NCBI GenBank assembly: GCA_963761335.1
Contig: CAVXGR010000005.1
Coordinates: 229,684-293,683 of the forward strand
Direction: 5' to 3'
DNA from: an uncultured delta proteobacterium
GTDB lineage: Bacteria; Desulfobacterota; Binatia; HRBIN30; BPIQ01
DNA: 64,000 nt
The position numbers and the translations under genes were made by a program. The notes beneath the pieces are model-generated. The model made no database searches, had not been told where the DNA came from, and saw only the letters and a list, made by a program, of their open reading frames with translations. This document shows, piece by piece, positions 1 through 9,911 of the stretch. Every line of letters starts with the position of its first letter. Positions within the stretch are counted from its first letter, which is position 1.

Positions 1-886
1 CTATACCCTTTATCAGTCACAGGCATCGACGCCGCCTCCGGGGCGGCTGTCGGAGACGCCGGCGGGCGACCCACCCGATCTGAACGCCTGCGATCTGCCG
101 CCCGCCGACGGCCTGGTTCTCCTGGCGGCGCACCTCGGCGAGGGGCTGATCCTGATGGACATGATCGATCCCTCGGTCGTCGATGAGAGCGATCCGCTGT
201 CGGTCGATCCGGCGCTCGACCCCTACAATCCCGGGAACGGCTATCGCCGTCCGCCCGAGTCGAGCCGCTACACGGCGGAGTTCGTGCAGCGCTACCGCGG
301 CGCGCAGCGCGCCCGCATCGAGCGCCTCGACGCCGCGGCGCGCGCGCACCTGAAACGCCGCGGCGAGGCGCGCGCCGCCATCGGCGATTCCGGCTTCGCG
401 GCGCGGCCATGGGCGGAGCAGGCGGGCGCTCTGCGCGGCGGGGTCGTCTGCCCCTACGTGGTCGTCTACCGCACGGAGGCCGATCTTCGCGCCCTCGACC
501 TCTCGCTCGACCCGTCGGAACGCGACGCCGGGACGCTCTTCTCGTACCGTCCCGATCTGACCAACTACATGGAGTTCGGCTTCGGCCGCGTCTCCACCCC
601 GCGCGCCTGGCTGAGCACGTGGTCGGCGATCTCGTCGCACGCCAGCGTGCCGCGCAACGGGCGCGCCATCAAGGTCCCGTCTCTGGTGGTCTCCTACACC
701 GGGGACAATGCCATCTTCCCCGGTGACGCGCGGGCGGCCTTCGAGGCGCTCGGCGCCGACGACAAGGAGCTGACCTTCGTCCCCGGCGACCACTACGGCT
801 TCGCCGTCGGCACCCAGGAGCGCCGCGGCGCTCCCCAGGCGCTGGCGCGCCTCTGCGAATGGCTGGGGAAACGCTTCCCCAATTGA
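1..886 (+). CDS. alpha/beta-hydrolase fold protein, 5'-truncated at the window edge (C-terminal part only)
   Basis: The frame is open from nt 2 with no upstream stop. The C-terminal region has an alpha/beta-hydrolase-like GDHYG motif. The stop lies 1 nt before the next gene. Confidence 0.45.
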   Translation, partial: YTLYQSQASTPPPGRLSETPAGDPPDLNACDLPPADGLVLLAAHLGEGLILMDMIDPSVVDESDPLSVDPALDPYNPGNGYRRPPESSRYTAEFVQRYRGAQRARIERLDAAARAHLKRRGEARAAIGDSGFAARPWAEQAGALRGGVVCPYVVVYRTEADLRALDLSLDPSERDAGTLFSYRPDLTNYMEFGFGRVSTPRAWLSTWSAISSHASVPRNGRAIKVPSLVVSYTGDNAIFPGDARAAFEALGADDKELTFVPGDHYGFAVGTQERRGAPQALARLCEWLGKRFPN

Positions 887-887
887 G

Positions 888-1760
888 ATGATCCGCATGA
901 CCAAAGCGCAACAGATCCGCAACCTCCTGCGCCAGGGGCGACCACTGGTCCTCGGCGGCGTCTACGACGGCATCAGCACGCGCATCGCCCACCGCCAGGG
1001 ATTCGAGGTGCTCTTCGTGGGTGGCTTCAGCGTCGCCGCGGCGCTGCTGGGCGAGCCCGACTTCGGCTACCTGACGCAGACGGAGATGGCCGAGACGGCG
1101 CGGCGCGTCTGCCGCCTCACCGACCGGCCGGTCCTGGTCGACGCCGACACCGGCTACGGCAATGCGCTCAACGTCATCCGCACCGTGGAGCTCTGGCAGA
1201 ACGCCGGCGCCGCCGGCATCTTCCTCGAGGATCAGGTCTGGCCCAAGCGCTGCGGCCACATGGCCGGCAAGCGGGTCGTCGAGCGCGGCGAATGGCTGGC
1301 GAAGCTGCGCGCCGCGCTCGAACGCCGCGGCGATACCGACCTGTTCGTGGTGGCGCGCACCGACGCGCGCGCTGCGATCAGCCTGGAGGAGGCGATCGAG
1401 CGCGGCAAGGCGGCCGCCGGGCTCGGCGTCGACGCGGTCTTCGTCGAGGCGCCGCAGTCGCTCGCCGAGCTGGAGACCATCGGACGAGAGATCCCCGGCG
1501 TGCGCGTCGCCAACATGGTCGAGCACGGACGAACGCCGTTGTTGACGCCAGAGGAGCTGCACCAGCTCGGCTTCGACCTGATCGTCACGCCGCTGGCACC
1601 GCTGATGGCAGCCGCACGGGCGCTGGCGCGCACCTACGCCACGCTGCGGCAGCAGGGCACCATGCGCGACGATCTCGACGGGCTGATGCCGTTCGACGAG
1701 TTCAATCAGCTCGTCGAGCTGCCTCGGCACTACGATCTCGACGAGCGCTACCGCGGCTGA
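888..1760 (+). CDS. isocitrate lyase/PEP mutase family enzyme (2-methylisocitrate lyase / carboxyvinyl-carboxyphosphonate phosphorylmutase-like)
   Basis: DADTGYGN and EDQVWPKRCGH (K-x-C-G-H) signatures of the ICL/PEPM superfamily. 290 aa. Confidence 0.75.
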   Translation: MIRMTKAQQIRNLLRQGRPLVLGGVYDGISTRIAHRQGFEVLFVGGFSVAAALLGEPDFGYLTQTEMAETARRVCRLTDRPVLVDADTGYGNALNVIRTVELWQNAGAAGIFLEDQVWPKRCGHMAGKRVVERGEWLAKLRAALERRGDTDLFVVARTDARAAISLEEAIERGKAAAGLGVDAVFVEAPQSLAELETIGREIPGVRVANMVEHGRTPLLTPEELHQLGFDLIVTPLAPLMAAARALARTYATLRQQGTMRDDLDGLMPFDEFNQLVELPRHYDLDERYRG

Positions 1761-1784
1761 GCGCGGCGTCGCCCCCGGCGCTTC

Positions 1785-2354
1785 TCAGTCCCAGGCGGGG
1801 TGGATGTCGACGCCGGCGTTGCCGAGAAAGCACGGCGTGGTGACGTAATCCGAGAACGTCCCGGTCTGCCCCGGGTCGAGATCGGACGGCTCCACCGAAA
1901 TTTCTCCGCTCAGACAAGTCGTCCCCTGGCCGGGGTCGGTGATGCTCACCATGACGCTCACGCGGTGGGCGATCTCACCGCCGACGTTCTTCACCACGCC
2001 GGTGACCTTGCGGGTCTGCTGGCCGTCCGGCTTGGCGTTGTGCTCGGTCACGATCACCCGAGCCGGGCGGGGCTCCTGCTCGAGGTCCTGGGCTGCGGCC
2101 CCCCCCGCGGGCGACGGGGTGCCGGCCGCCTCGCTCCCGGGGTTGGCTCCAGGCGTTTCGTCGCCGCCGGTGGACAGCACGGGGGCGTTCTCGCCGAGCG
2201 AGCGCTGCTCGACGTTCTGCACGCCCTGGGGCTTCTGATCGGCAAAGTGGACGACACCGTTCTTGTCCTTCCACGTGTAGATGTTCTGGGCCACTGCCGC
2301 GGTAGCAAGCGCGGCAGTGACGACTGCGACCAGCAGGGTGGCTCGACAGGTCAT
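1785..2354 (-). CDS. DUF4124-domain secreted protein
   Basis: Signal peptide followed by YTWKDKNGVVHFAD (DUF4124 Y-x-W-x-D-x-x-G-x-x-H-F-S/A-D). The start was taken at the internal Met that precedes the signal peptide. Confidence 0.5.
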   Translation of the reverse strand: MTCRATLLVAVVTAALATAAVAQNIYTWKDKNGVVHFADQKPQGVQNVEQRSLGENAPVLSTGGDETPGANPGSEAAGTPSPAGGAAAQDLEQEPRPARVIVTEHNAKPDGQQTRKVTGVVKNVGGEIAHRVSVMVSITDPGQGTTCLSGEISVEPSDLDPGQTGTFSDYVTTPCFLGNAGVDIHPAWD

Positions 2355-2602
2355 TCGGCGACGAACTCTATGGTTGCCGGATGGACAAGTCAACGGCGAT
2401 TGAGCGAACGACACTCGGGCGACTTCGCCGTGTGCCGGCAGACGCACGATTTCGCACATCAGCTCACTCATTACCCGGCCGGCCGCGATGCCGGCGTTGA
2501 GAGTGGGCTGGTACGGAGATTGCCAGAACCTGCTCCTGGCTCCGATATCCGTCGATCTAGGACGAGTCTAGAGCTTGAAGGAGCCCGGAGGAGAAAACGG
2601 TT

Positions 2603-3823
2603 ATGCAAAGAGTGCTGTTGACAGCTGTCCTCTGTACCGCGTGGCTGGCTGCACCCGGGGGTGCTACCGCGGCCACGCACACGCTCCGATCTGCGAATCT
2701 GCGCAGCGCGCCGGTGCTGTCTCCGGCGACCCTGGTGAGGACGGTGCCCGCTGGAGCGGAGGTGGAGGTGCGCGGCCAGCGGGTCGTCGGCTCGGCGCGC
2801 TGGCTTTTGGTCAGTGCCGGTGGCGAGAGCGGATGGATACGCGCCGATCTGATCGCCGACGAGGCAAGTGCGCCGGCAGATGCGCAGGCGTCTGCGCCGA
2901 TCGCCGCCGAGGTGGCGGCGCCGCCGCCGGCCGCGGCGCCGGTTGCCGCGGCAGCCGCAGAGGAGAGTGCCCCACAGCCTGAAACCGCTCCCGCGTTCCC
3001 GCGCCTCGGTGCATCGCTGGCGCCGGATCTCGGCGTGGCCGAGGCGGAGGCGGCGACCGTGGCGCGCGCGCCGATCCCGCCGGCCGGCGGCTTGCCGTGG
3101 CCGCTGCAGCTCCTCCACGACTCGCAGTTCCTGCTGGCGGCGGCGCTGGTCTCGCTGGTTCTGGTGCGCAGTGAGCGGCGCCTGGCGCAGCACTGGAGCA
3201 GCTGGCGCGAGCAAGCGGTTTCCGTGGTGCACTCCGAGCCGGTGGCCTCGCATGTCGACGAGGCGCTGCGCAACGAAGGCATCCGGCGCGAGTACGACCG
3301 GCTGCTCAGCGCTCTGTGCGCCATCGAGCGCCTGCTGGTGCCGAACGGCAGCAACCGATCGACCTTCTCGCAGCTCACCGAGATGGTGGCCAGCGCCAAC
3401 ATCGCCGACAGCGCCGAGCGGGTGGAGACGCTGGACGCGATTCGCCGGCGCATGCTCGAGGTGGGGATGCTGCCGGCGTTCGGCCGCGTCTTCGAGGGCC
3501 TCTCCGGCTACGCTTTCACGCCGCAGCTGTGCGACAAGCTGCAGGGATTCATGGCGGTGCCCGACGCCGAGATCGAGGAGCGCTTCGATCAGGTGCGCGA
3601 AGGAGCGCGGCTCTGCTTCGACGATCTCCGCCGCCATCTGGTCGCCGACATCCTGCAGGGAGGCGCCATCACCTTTCTCTTCAGCCGCCAGCTGGAGCTG
3701 CTCGACAACGCCCGCGCCGCAGCCCAGAGCGCCTCGGCCCGCGGCTGGAGCATGCGCGACGTCACCTCGCTGCGCCAGATGGTGGTAGCCCAGCTGTTCG
3801 AGGCGCCGAAGACAGACGCGTAA
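2603..3823 (+). CDS. membrane protein with N-terminal signal peptide and bacterial SH3-like domain, Ala/Pro-rich linker, one TM helix, cytoplasmic C-domain of unknown function
   Basis: GGAG-like RBS before the ATG. SH3b-like segment (RSAPVLSPATLVRTVPAGAEVEV..GESGWIRADLI). Hydrophobic helix WPLQLLHDSQFLLAAALVSLVLV. Confidence 0.45.
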   Translation: MQRVLLTAVLCTAWLAAPGGATAATHTLRSANLRSAPVLSPATLVRTVPAGAEVEVRGQRVVGSARWLLVSAGGESGWIRADLIADEASAPADAQASAPIAAEVAAPPPAAAPVAAAAAEESAPQPETAPAFPRLGASLAPDLGVAEAEAATVARAPIPPAGGLPWPLQLLHDSQFLLAAALVSLVLVRSERRLAQHWSSWREQAVSVVHSEPVASHVDEALRNEGIRREYDRLLSALCAIERLLVPNGSNRSTFSQLTEMVASANIADSAERVETLDAIRRRMLEVGMLPAFGRVFEGLSGYAFTPQLCDKLQGFMAVPDAEIEERFDQVREGARLCFDDLRRHLVADILQGGAITFLFSRQLELLDNARAAAQSASARGWSMRDVTSLRQMVVAQLFEAPKTDA

Positions 3824-3886
3824 GTCCGCCCGCCCAGGGGCGTTGGCAGCGGCGGTCGGCTGCGGTAGAAGTCGCGGGCGATTGCC

Positions 3887-6712
3887 ATGGGGAGTGTCGA
3901 GACGATTGCCCGCAGCGGGAGCGTGCACCTGCTGGTGGTGCCGCACACCCACTGGGATCGCGAGTGGTACCAGCCCTTCCAGGAGTTTCGCCGCCGCCTG
4001 GTGCGTCTCGTCGATCGCCTGCTGGACACCCTCGATGCCGATCCCGAGTTCTCGCACTTCCATCTCGATGGCCAGACGATCGTCCTCGAGGACTATCTGG
4101 AGATTCGCCCGGAGCGCGGCGCGCAGCTCCGCCGGCTGATCCGCTCCGGCCGTATCGCCGTCGGCCCGTGGTACGTGCTCCCCGACGAGTTCCTGGTCAG
4201 CGGCGAGTCGATCATCCGCAACCTGCGCATCGGCCAGCGCACCGCCGCCGCCTTTGGTGCCGACGCCGCGGTCGGCTATCTCCCGGATCAGTTCGGGCAC
4301 ATCGCTCAGATGCCGCAGATCCTCGCCGGCTTCGGGCTGTCGTCGGCGGTGGTCTGGCGCGGAGTCGGCGCCGACGTGCGGAGAACCGAGTTCGCCTGGC
4401 AGGCGCCGGACGGCACCGAGGCGTTCACCGTCTACATGCCTTCGGGGTACTCCCTGGGCCGCGCCCTGCCGCTCGAGCCGGCGGCGCTGCGGAAGCGGCT
4501 GGCCGCCCTGGTCGGCGAGATCGAGCCCTTCCGGCAGATTTCCTCGGTGCTGATCATGAACGGCACCGACCATCAGGAGGCGCAGGCCGGGCTGCCGGCG
4601 GCGCTGCGCGCCGCGCTCGCTCCCGTGGAGGGAGTCAGCGCCGAGATCGCTTCCCTGTCCGCGTACGTTGCCCGTGCCCGCCGCGAGGCGGGGGAATCGC
4701 CGGTGCGCCACGCCGGCGAGCTGCGCAGCCCGCTGCGCGCCCATCTTCTCCCGGGAGTCACCTCGGTGCGGGTGCGGCAGAAGCAACGCGACTTCGCCAA
4801 CCTCAGCCGCCTCGAACGCTACGCCGAGCCGCTGGCGACCTGGGCCGACGCCCTTGCCGGCCGCCGCGATCTGACGGCCTTCACCGAGCACGCCTGGAAG
4901 CTCTCGGTGCAGAACCATCCGCACGACTCCATCTGTGGCTGCTCCGTCGATCAGGTCCACCGCGACATGGAATTCCGCTTCGATCAGGTGGACCTGATCC
5001 TGCGTCAGGTACAGCGGCAGGCCTTCGCGGCCATCGCGGCGTGCGTCGATACCACCGCCGCCGCCGAGACGGCGCTGCTCGTCTACAATCCGAACCCGGC
5101 CGGCCGCGCTCTCCTCGACGTCGAGGTTCCTCTCGACCTCTCCGGCGGCGTTTCGCTGCACACTCTCGCCGGCGAGGGCATCGTTGCGCAGGTGGAGCAG
5201 GGATCGGGCGCGTTGCTGCTCGACGTCGAGCTGCCACCGGCGGCGCTGCGCGGCGAGATCGAGGGGCTGCAGTCGCGCGAGTTCCTGGGTTTCTTCCTGA
5301 ACGGCATTCGCTTCGATCGGGCCGATGGCCGGCTGAAGGTGCAGATCGTCGCTGACCTGGTGCCGCGCGGTAGCTTCGACGTCATGGCGGCGCGGGGGCG
5401 TTGGCTCGAGCTGCTCGACGATGCGTCGCTCGAGCTGGTCCACGTCCACGCCCGCACCGCCACCCCGGCGCGTCTGATCGCCGCCGCGCCGCTCAACGGA
5501 CACGGCCTGACCCTGCTCTCGCTGCGACACCATGCATCGGCCGAGACGCCTCCGAGTCCCTTCGCGGTCGGCGTGGGCTCGATCGAGAATCGCTGGTACC
5601 GCGTCGCCGTGGGCGACGACGGCTCGCTGTCCATCGCCGACAAGGAGCTGGGCCTCGAGCTCGGGCGCTGCAACTGGTTCATCGACGAGCCCGACCGCGG
5701 CGACGAGTACAACTTCGATCCGCCGGCGCCGGTGCGCTCGGTGAGCGCCCCGATCTCGTCGCCGTCGATCAGCGTGGAGAGCGGGCCGGCCGTGGCGCGC
5801 CTGTGCCTGCGGATGACCTATCGGATTCCCCGCCGTCTGGATGCCGACCGCGAAACGCCCTCGACGGAGATCGCCGAGGTGCCGATCCGCTCGACGGTAT
5901 CTCTGTATGCGGGCGTGAAGCGCATCGACTTCGTGACCGAGGTCGACAACGGCGCCGCCGACCATCGCCTGCGGGTGCACTTCGAGACGCCGCTGCAGGC
6001 GCCGGCGGTACGCGTCGAGCAGGCCTTCTGCACCGTCGAGCGCCCGCTCGAGCTGGAGGCGGGCGGGGAGATCGAGCAGCCGATCGGCACCACGCCGCAG
6101 AAGACGTTCTGCGCCATCGGCGACGGGCGACTGGGCGTGGCCCTCTTCAACCGCGGCATCCCGGAGATCGAGGCGCGCCGATCGAACGGCGGGACCGAGC
6201 TGGCCATGACCCTGGTGCGCGCCGTGGGCTGGCTGTCGCGCGGCGACCTGCGCCTGCGCAAGGGCCATGCGGGACCGGCGATGGAGACGCCGGAGGCGCA
6301 GTCGCCGGGGCCGCACCGCTTCGAGTACGCGCTCACCACCTTCGCGGGCGATTTCGAGGCGGCGAACATCGTCGCCGAGGCGCACCGCTTCGCGTATCCG
6401 CCGCAGGCAGTCGCCGCCGAGCGGCACGAGGGGCATCTGCCGGCGGACGCCGCCCTGATGCGCTGCGACAACCCCGCGGTGGTGATCTCGGCACTGGAGC
6501 CGGGCCGCTCCCCGGAGAGGTATCGCGTGCGCGTGTACAACTCCTCGGCGGCGTCGCAGTCGGTGTGCCTCGGCTTTCCCGGAGCCCGGCGGGTGCGCTC
6601 CGTGAACCTGGCCGGGCAGCCGGCGGCCAGCGGCCTGCGTTGCGGCGGCGATACGGCACGCGGCAGCCTGCGCCCCTTCCAGATCGCCACGCTGGAGATC
6701 ACCCGCGCATGA
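3887..6712 (+). CDS. glycoside hydrolase family 38 alpha-mannosidase (mannosylglycerate hydrolase-like)
   Basis: N-terminal GH38 catalytic signature LLVVPHTHWDREWYQPFQE and GPWYVLPDEFLVSGESIIRNL. 941 aa, the typical length. Confidence 0.8.
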   Translation: MGSVETIARSGSVHLLVVPHTHWDREWYQPFQEFRRRLVRLVDRLLDTLDADPEFSHFHLDGQTIVLEDYLEIRPERGAQLRRLIRSGRIAVGPWYVLPDEFLVSGESIIRNLRIGQRTAAAFGADAAVGYLPDQFGHIAQMPQILAGFGLSSAVVWRGVGADVRRTEFAWQAPDGTEAFTVYMPSGYSLGRALPLEPAALRKRLAALVGEIEPFRQISSVLIMNGTDHQEAQAGLPAALRAALAPVEGVSAEIASLSAYVARARREAGESPVRHAGELRSPLRAHLLPGVTSVRVRQKQRDFANLSRLERYAEPLATWADALAGRRDLTAFTEHAWKLSVQNHPHDSICGCSVDQVHRDMEFRFDQVDLILRQVQRQAFAAIAACVDTTAAAETALLVYNPNPAGRALLDVEVPLDLSGGVSLHTLAGEGIVAQVEQGSGALLLDVELPPAALRGEIEGLQSREFLGFFLNGIRFDRADGRLKVQIVADLVPRGSFDVMAARGRWLELLDDASLELVHVHARTATPARLIAAAPLNGHGLTLLSLRHHASAETPPSPFAVGVGSIENRWYRVAVGDDGSLSIADKELGLELGRCNWFIDEPDRGDEYNFDPPAPVRSVSAPISSPSISVESGPAVARLCLRMTYRIPRRLDADRETPSTEIAEVPIRSTVSLYAGVKRIDFVTEVDNGAADHRLRVHFETPLQAPAVRVEQAFCTVERPLELEAGGEIEQPIGTTPQKTFCAIGDGRLGVALFNRGIPEIEARRSNGGTELAMTLVRAVGWLSRGDLRLRKGHAGPAMETPEAQSPGPHRFEYALTTFAGDFEAANIVAEAHRFAYPPQAVAAERHEGHLPADAALMRCDNPAVVISALEPGRSPERYRVRVYNSSAASQSVCLGFPGARRVRSVNLAGQPAASGLRCGGDTARGSLRPFQIATLEITRA

Positions 6713-6746
6713 CGCACGGATTCCTTTGCCGCGGCGGTGCAACTCA

Positions 6747-8267
6747 ATGAGCGGCCCCCGGCTGGCCGATCTGCTCGCCGACGTCGAGGTTCTCGAGCGG
6801 CGCGGCTCCGTCGACATTCACATCGGCCACATTCGCTCCGATTCGCGGCTGGTCGAGCCGGGCGACCTCTTCGTCTGTCTGCCCGGCTACCGCACCGAGG
6901 GCGGCGAGAAGCGCGCCGATCGCCACCTGTTCGTCCCCGAAGCGCTGCGGCGCTGCGCCGCCGCCCTGGTGGTGGAGCGAGAGCCCGACACGAAGCTGCC
7001 GGCGCATCTGCCGGTGGTGCGGGTGCGCGACTGCTGGGCGGCGATCGCGGCGCTCTCGTGCGGGTTCTACGGCCAGCCCTCGCGACAGCTGCGGATGGTC
7101 GGTGTCACCGGCACCAGCGGCAAGACCTCGACCACCTACTTCATCGATTCGGTTCTGTCCGCAGCGGGCCTGCCCGCGGCGCGCCTGGGCACGATCGAGT
7201 ACAAGCTCGGCAGTGTGCGTCTGCCGGCGTCGCAGACGACACCCGAAGCTCCCGAGATGCAGCAGCTGCTGCGCCGCGCGCTCGACGAGGGCGCCGCCGC
7301 AGTGGTGATGGAGGTTTCGTCGCATGCGCTCGAGCTGCGGCGCGTGCAGGGCATCGCCTACGACGTCGCGGTATTCACCAATCTCAGCCAGGACCACCTG
7401 AACTTCCACCCCGACATGCACAGCTATCTGCGCGCCAAGGGGCGCCTCTTCGAGGAGCTCGGCAGCGGCGGCAAGGACGCCGTGGCGGTGGTGAACCGCG
7501 ACGATCCGGCGAGCGAGTACATCGAGAAGGTCAATCGCGGGCGGCTGCTGACTTACGGAATCAGCCCTCGGGCGGACGTGCGGGCGGAGGACGTCTCCAT
7601 CGGCCAGGGCGGCAGCCGTTTCCGGGCGCGCACCCCCGCCGGCGACGTCGACGTCTCGCTGGCGCATCTCGGCGAGTACAGCGTCCACAACGCGCTGGCG
7701 GCGGCGGCGACGGGAGTGGCACTGGGCCTGCCGCTGGACGAGATCGCCCGCGGCATCGACGCCGCTCCGCAGGTTCCCGGGCGTTTCGAGCTGATCGATT
7801 GCGGCCAGCGGTTTGCGGTGATCGTCGACTACGCCCACAAGCCCGACGCCTTGGAGCGCGTCATCCGCAGCGTGCGCGGCCTGCGGCCGCGGCGGGTGAT
7901 CACGGTTTTCGGCTGCGGCGGCGACCGCGACCGCGGCAAGCGTCCGATCATGGGCGCGATCGCGGCGCGCCTGAGCGACGTCGCCGTGGTGACCTCCGAC
8001 AACCCGCGCAGCGAGAGCCCGGAGGCGATCATCGAGGAGATCTGCGGCGGAATTCCGGCAGACTCCGCGGCCGAGGTGGTCGTCGAGCCGGACCGCGCTC
8101 GGGCCATCGACACCGCCATGCGCCTGGCGCGGGCGGAGGATGCGGTGATCATCGCTGGCAAGGGCCACGAGAACTACCAGCTGCTCGGCGACCGCCGCAT
8201 CCACTTCGACGACCGCGAGATGGCGCGCCAGGCGCTGGCGCGCCGCACCGACCCACCGAGCCACTGA
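6747..8267 (+). CDS. murE: UDP-N-acetylmuramoyl-L-alanyl-D-glutamate--2,6-diaminopimelate ligase
   Basis: Mur ligase P-loop GVTGTSGKTST and the DNPR motif, with full-length MurE architecture. Start chosen at MSGPRLADL; the alternative start is at 6726. Confidence 0.85.
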   Translation: MSGPRLADLLADVEVLERRGSVDIHIGHIRSDSRLVEPGDLFVCLPGYRTEGGEKRADRHLFVPEALRRCAAALVVEREPDTKLPAHLPVVRVRDCWAAIAALSCGFYGQPSRQLRMVGVTGTSGKTSTTYFIDSVLSAAGLPAARLGTIEYKLGSVRLPASQTTPEAPEMQQLLRRALDEGAAAVVMEVSSHALELRRVQGIAYDVAVFTNLSQDHLNFHPDMHSYLRAKGRLFEELGSGGKDAVAVVNRDDPASEYIEKVNRGRLLTYGISPRADVRAEDVSIGQGGSRFRARTPAGDVDVSLAHLGEYSVHNALAAAATGVALGLPLDEIARGIDAAPQVPGRFELIDCGQRFAVIVDYAHKPDALERVIRSVRGLRPRRVITVFGCGGDRDRGKRPIMGAIAARLSDVAVVTSDNPRSESPEAIIEEICGGIPADSAAEVVVEPDRARAIDTAMRLARAEDAVIIAGKGHENYQLLGDRRIHFDDREMARQALARRTDPPSH

Positions 8268-8330
8268 GCCACCGGGCCACTGTTTCCGCCCTCGCGAAAC
8301 TCCCCGGGGTGGGTTACGCTGAGGCGACGC

Positions 8331-9080
8331 ATGCGAAGGCTGATCGCCATCGTCTTTGTCCTGGTCACCGCGACTCCCGCTCTGGCAAGCCCGGTGGCCA
8401 CCGGTCGATTGGACTACACGCTGTCGTGGAACGGCATCCCCGCCGCCAACGCCACCGTGGATGTCTGGCGAACTCGCCACGACGGCAAGGAGGAGTACCG
8501 CGTCGAGGCCACGGCGCGCACCAACCGCATCGTCGATCTGTTGTGGAGCCTGCGCGCCTATGCCGGCTCGCGCTTCACCAACAGCGCGCCCACACCGCTG
8601 TGGTTTCGCTTCGACCGCTACGTGAACGACGAGCGCAGCGTCACCGAGATCGCCTTCGATTCCTCGTCGCCGCATGCCGTCGGCACCCTGGTCCGACCAC
8701 GGGGCTCGAAGGTGATGGACGTCGACGACCCGGGAGTGCTCGACCCGATCACGGCCATCTTCCATGCGCTCTCGCAACCGGTGAGCGTCGGCGATGACCT
8801 GCAGTACGAGCTGTTCACCGGGGAAGCCCTGTATCGCGTCAAGCTGCACATCGAGGACGAGGAGCTCCTGGACATTGCCGGCGCGACCCTGCCGACGTGG
8901 CGGGTGACGCCGCAGCTGTGGAAGATCGGCACAGGTGTCGACAAGCGCCTCCGCGACGCCACCATCTGGGTCTCGCAGGCGCCCGTGCGCACGGTGCTGC
9001 GCATTCGCAGCGACGTCTTCATCGGCGCCGTGTACTGCGACCTGCAACGTCTCCCGGCGGCTGCGCCGCCGTCGGGTTGA
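8331..9080 (+). CDS. DUF3108-like secreted protein
   Basis: Signal peptide MRRLIAIVFVLVTATPALA. About 250 aa with good GC3 codon bias. The family assignment is from memory only. Confidence 0.4.
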   Translation: MRRLIAIVFVLVTATPALASPVATGRLDYTLSWNGIPAANATVDVWRTRHDGKEEYRVEATARTNRIVDLLWSLRAYAGSRFTNSAPTPLWFRFDRYVNDERSVTEIAFDSSSPHAVGTLVRPRGSKVMDVDDPGVLDPITAIFHALSQPVSVGDDLQYELFTGEALYRVKLHIEDEELLDIAGATLPTWRVTPQLWKIGTGVDKRLRDATIWVSQAPVRTVLRIRSDVFIGAVYCDLQRLPAAAPPSG

Positions 9081-9085
9081 GAGGC

Positions 9086-9196
9086 CCTCTCAAAACCTGG
9101 GCAAGACGATTCCGCCGGCCCGCGGGCCGAGTCGAAGCGGCGTCTCGCCGCTTCGGAAAGCGCCGGGACGGCGCTTCTACTTTGGTGTTGAGACAG
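9086..9196. repeat. MITE-like repeat family A, roughly 110 bp, with CTGTCTCAA/TTGAGACAG-type terminal inverted repeats and the internal palindrome GAAGCGGCGTCTCGCCGCTTC
   Basis: Near-identical copy at 12643-12752. Partial copies at about 23125-23175 and 62090-62140. Confidence 0.7.
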
Positions 9197-9911
9197 CCTC
9201 TTGCGCGGGGGGGGACAGCGGATCCGCTCTGCGGACCTCGCCTTCCCTTCGCGGCTGTCATGTCCCGTCCCTCCCGCGGTGAAAATTGTACAGGGATGCG
9301 GCGACGGGGACCCCTGAGGACGCTTTTCTCTGGCAATACGATCGATATGCGGAGCAGAATGCCGATGGTTGGGCCGTTGCTATTGCGTGCAGAATGTATT
9401 GTCAGCGACTCTTCGTCGCCGTTGTGGTGTCGATGTTGGTTGGCGTCCTGCCGGTGCAGGCGCGACGCCTGAATGTATCGACGCAAATTGTCACTTCCGA
9501 TGCCGTCGGCGGCTATGACGCCGCGGCTCTTCCCTTCGATCCGATGACCTTCGAGAGCCCCCATTCGGGATGGGGCGAGCTCGGTAAGACCCGGTGGTGG
9601 GCCATCCTCGTCGCCCAGGTCGTGGTCCGCTTGGGGATCGTCGGCACGGAGTATTCCCCCCGGCTGGTCGAGCTCACCGAGGGACTCATGCACCACCCCG
9701 AGCTCGACTGGCAGATGCGCCTCGGTCGAGCGCAGAAGACCCGGCTGAACTTCCAGCTGAAGGCGGCCCATGGCGGCCCGAGGGCGGGGGTGTTGTTCAG
9801 ATGGTAGGGCGGCTCAGCATCTCAGTATCTCGGTGCCTCAGTGTCTCGGTACATTCGGTGGCCTCATTGAGCCACCGAGACACCGGGTTACCGAGCCACC
9901 GGGTCACCGGG

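Noticed and set aside
2471-6817. 1448-aa ORF on the minus strand
   Set aside because: Antisense to the GH38 and SH3 genes. The Arg/Ala/Gly-rich low-complexity translation is typical of spurious ORFs in 70% GC DNA. The sense-strand genes have clear motifs.
6737-9047. 686-aa (+) and 767-aa (-) ORFs overlapping murE
   Set aside because: These are alternative-frame and antisense artefacts. Only the 6747-8267 frame has Mur-ligase motifs.
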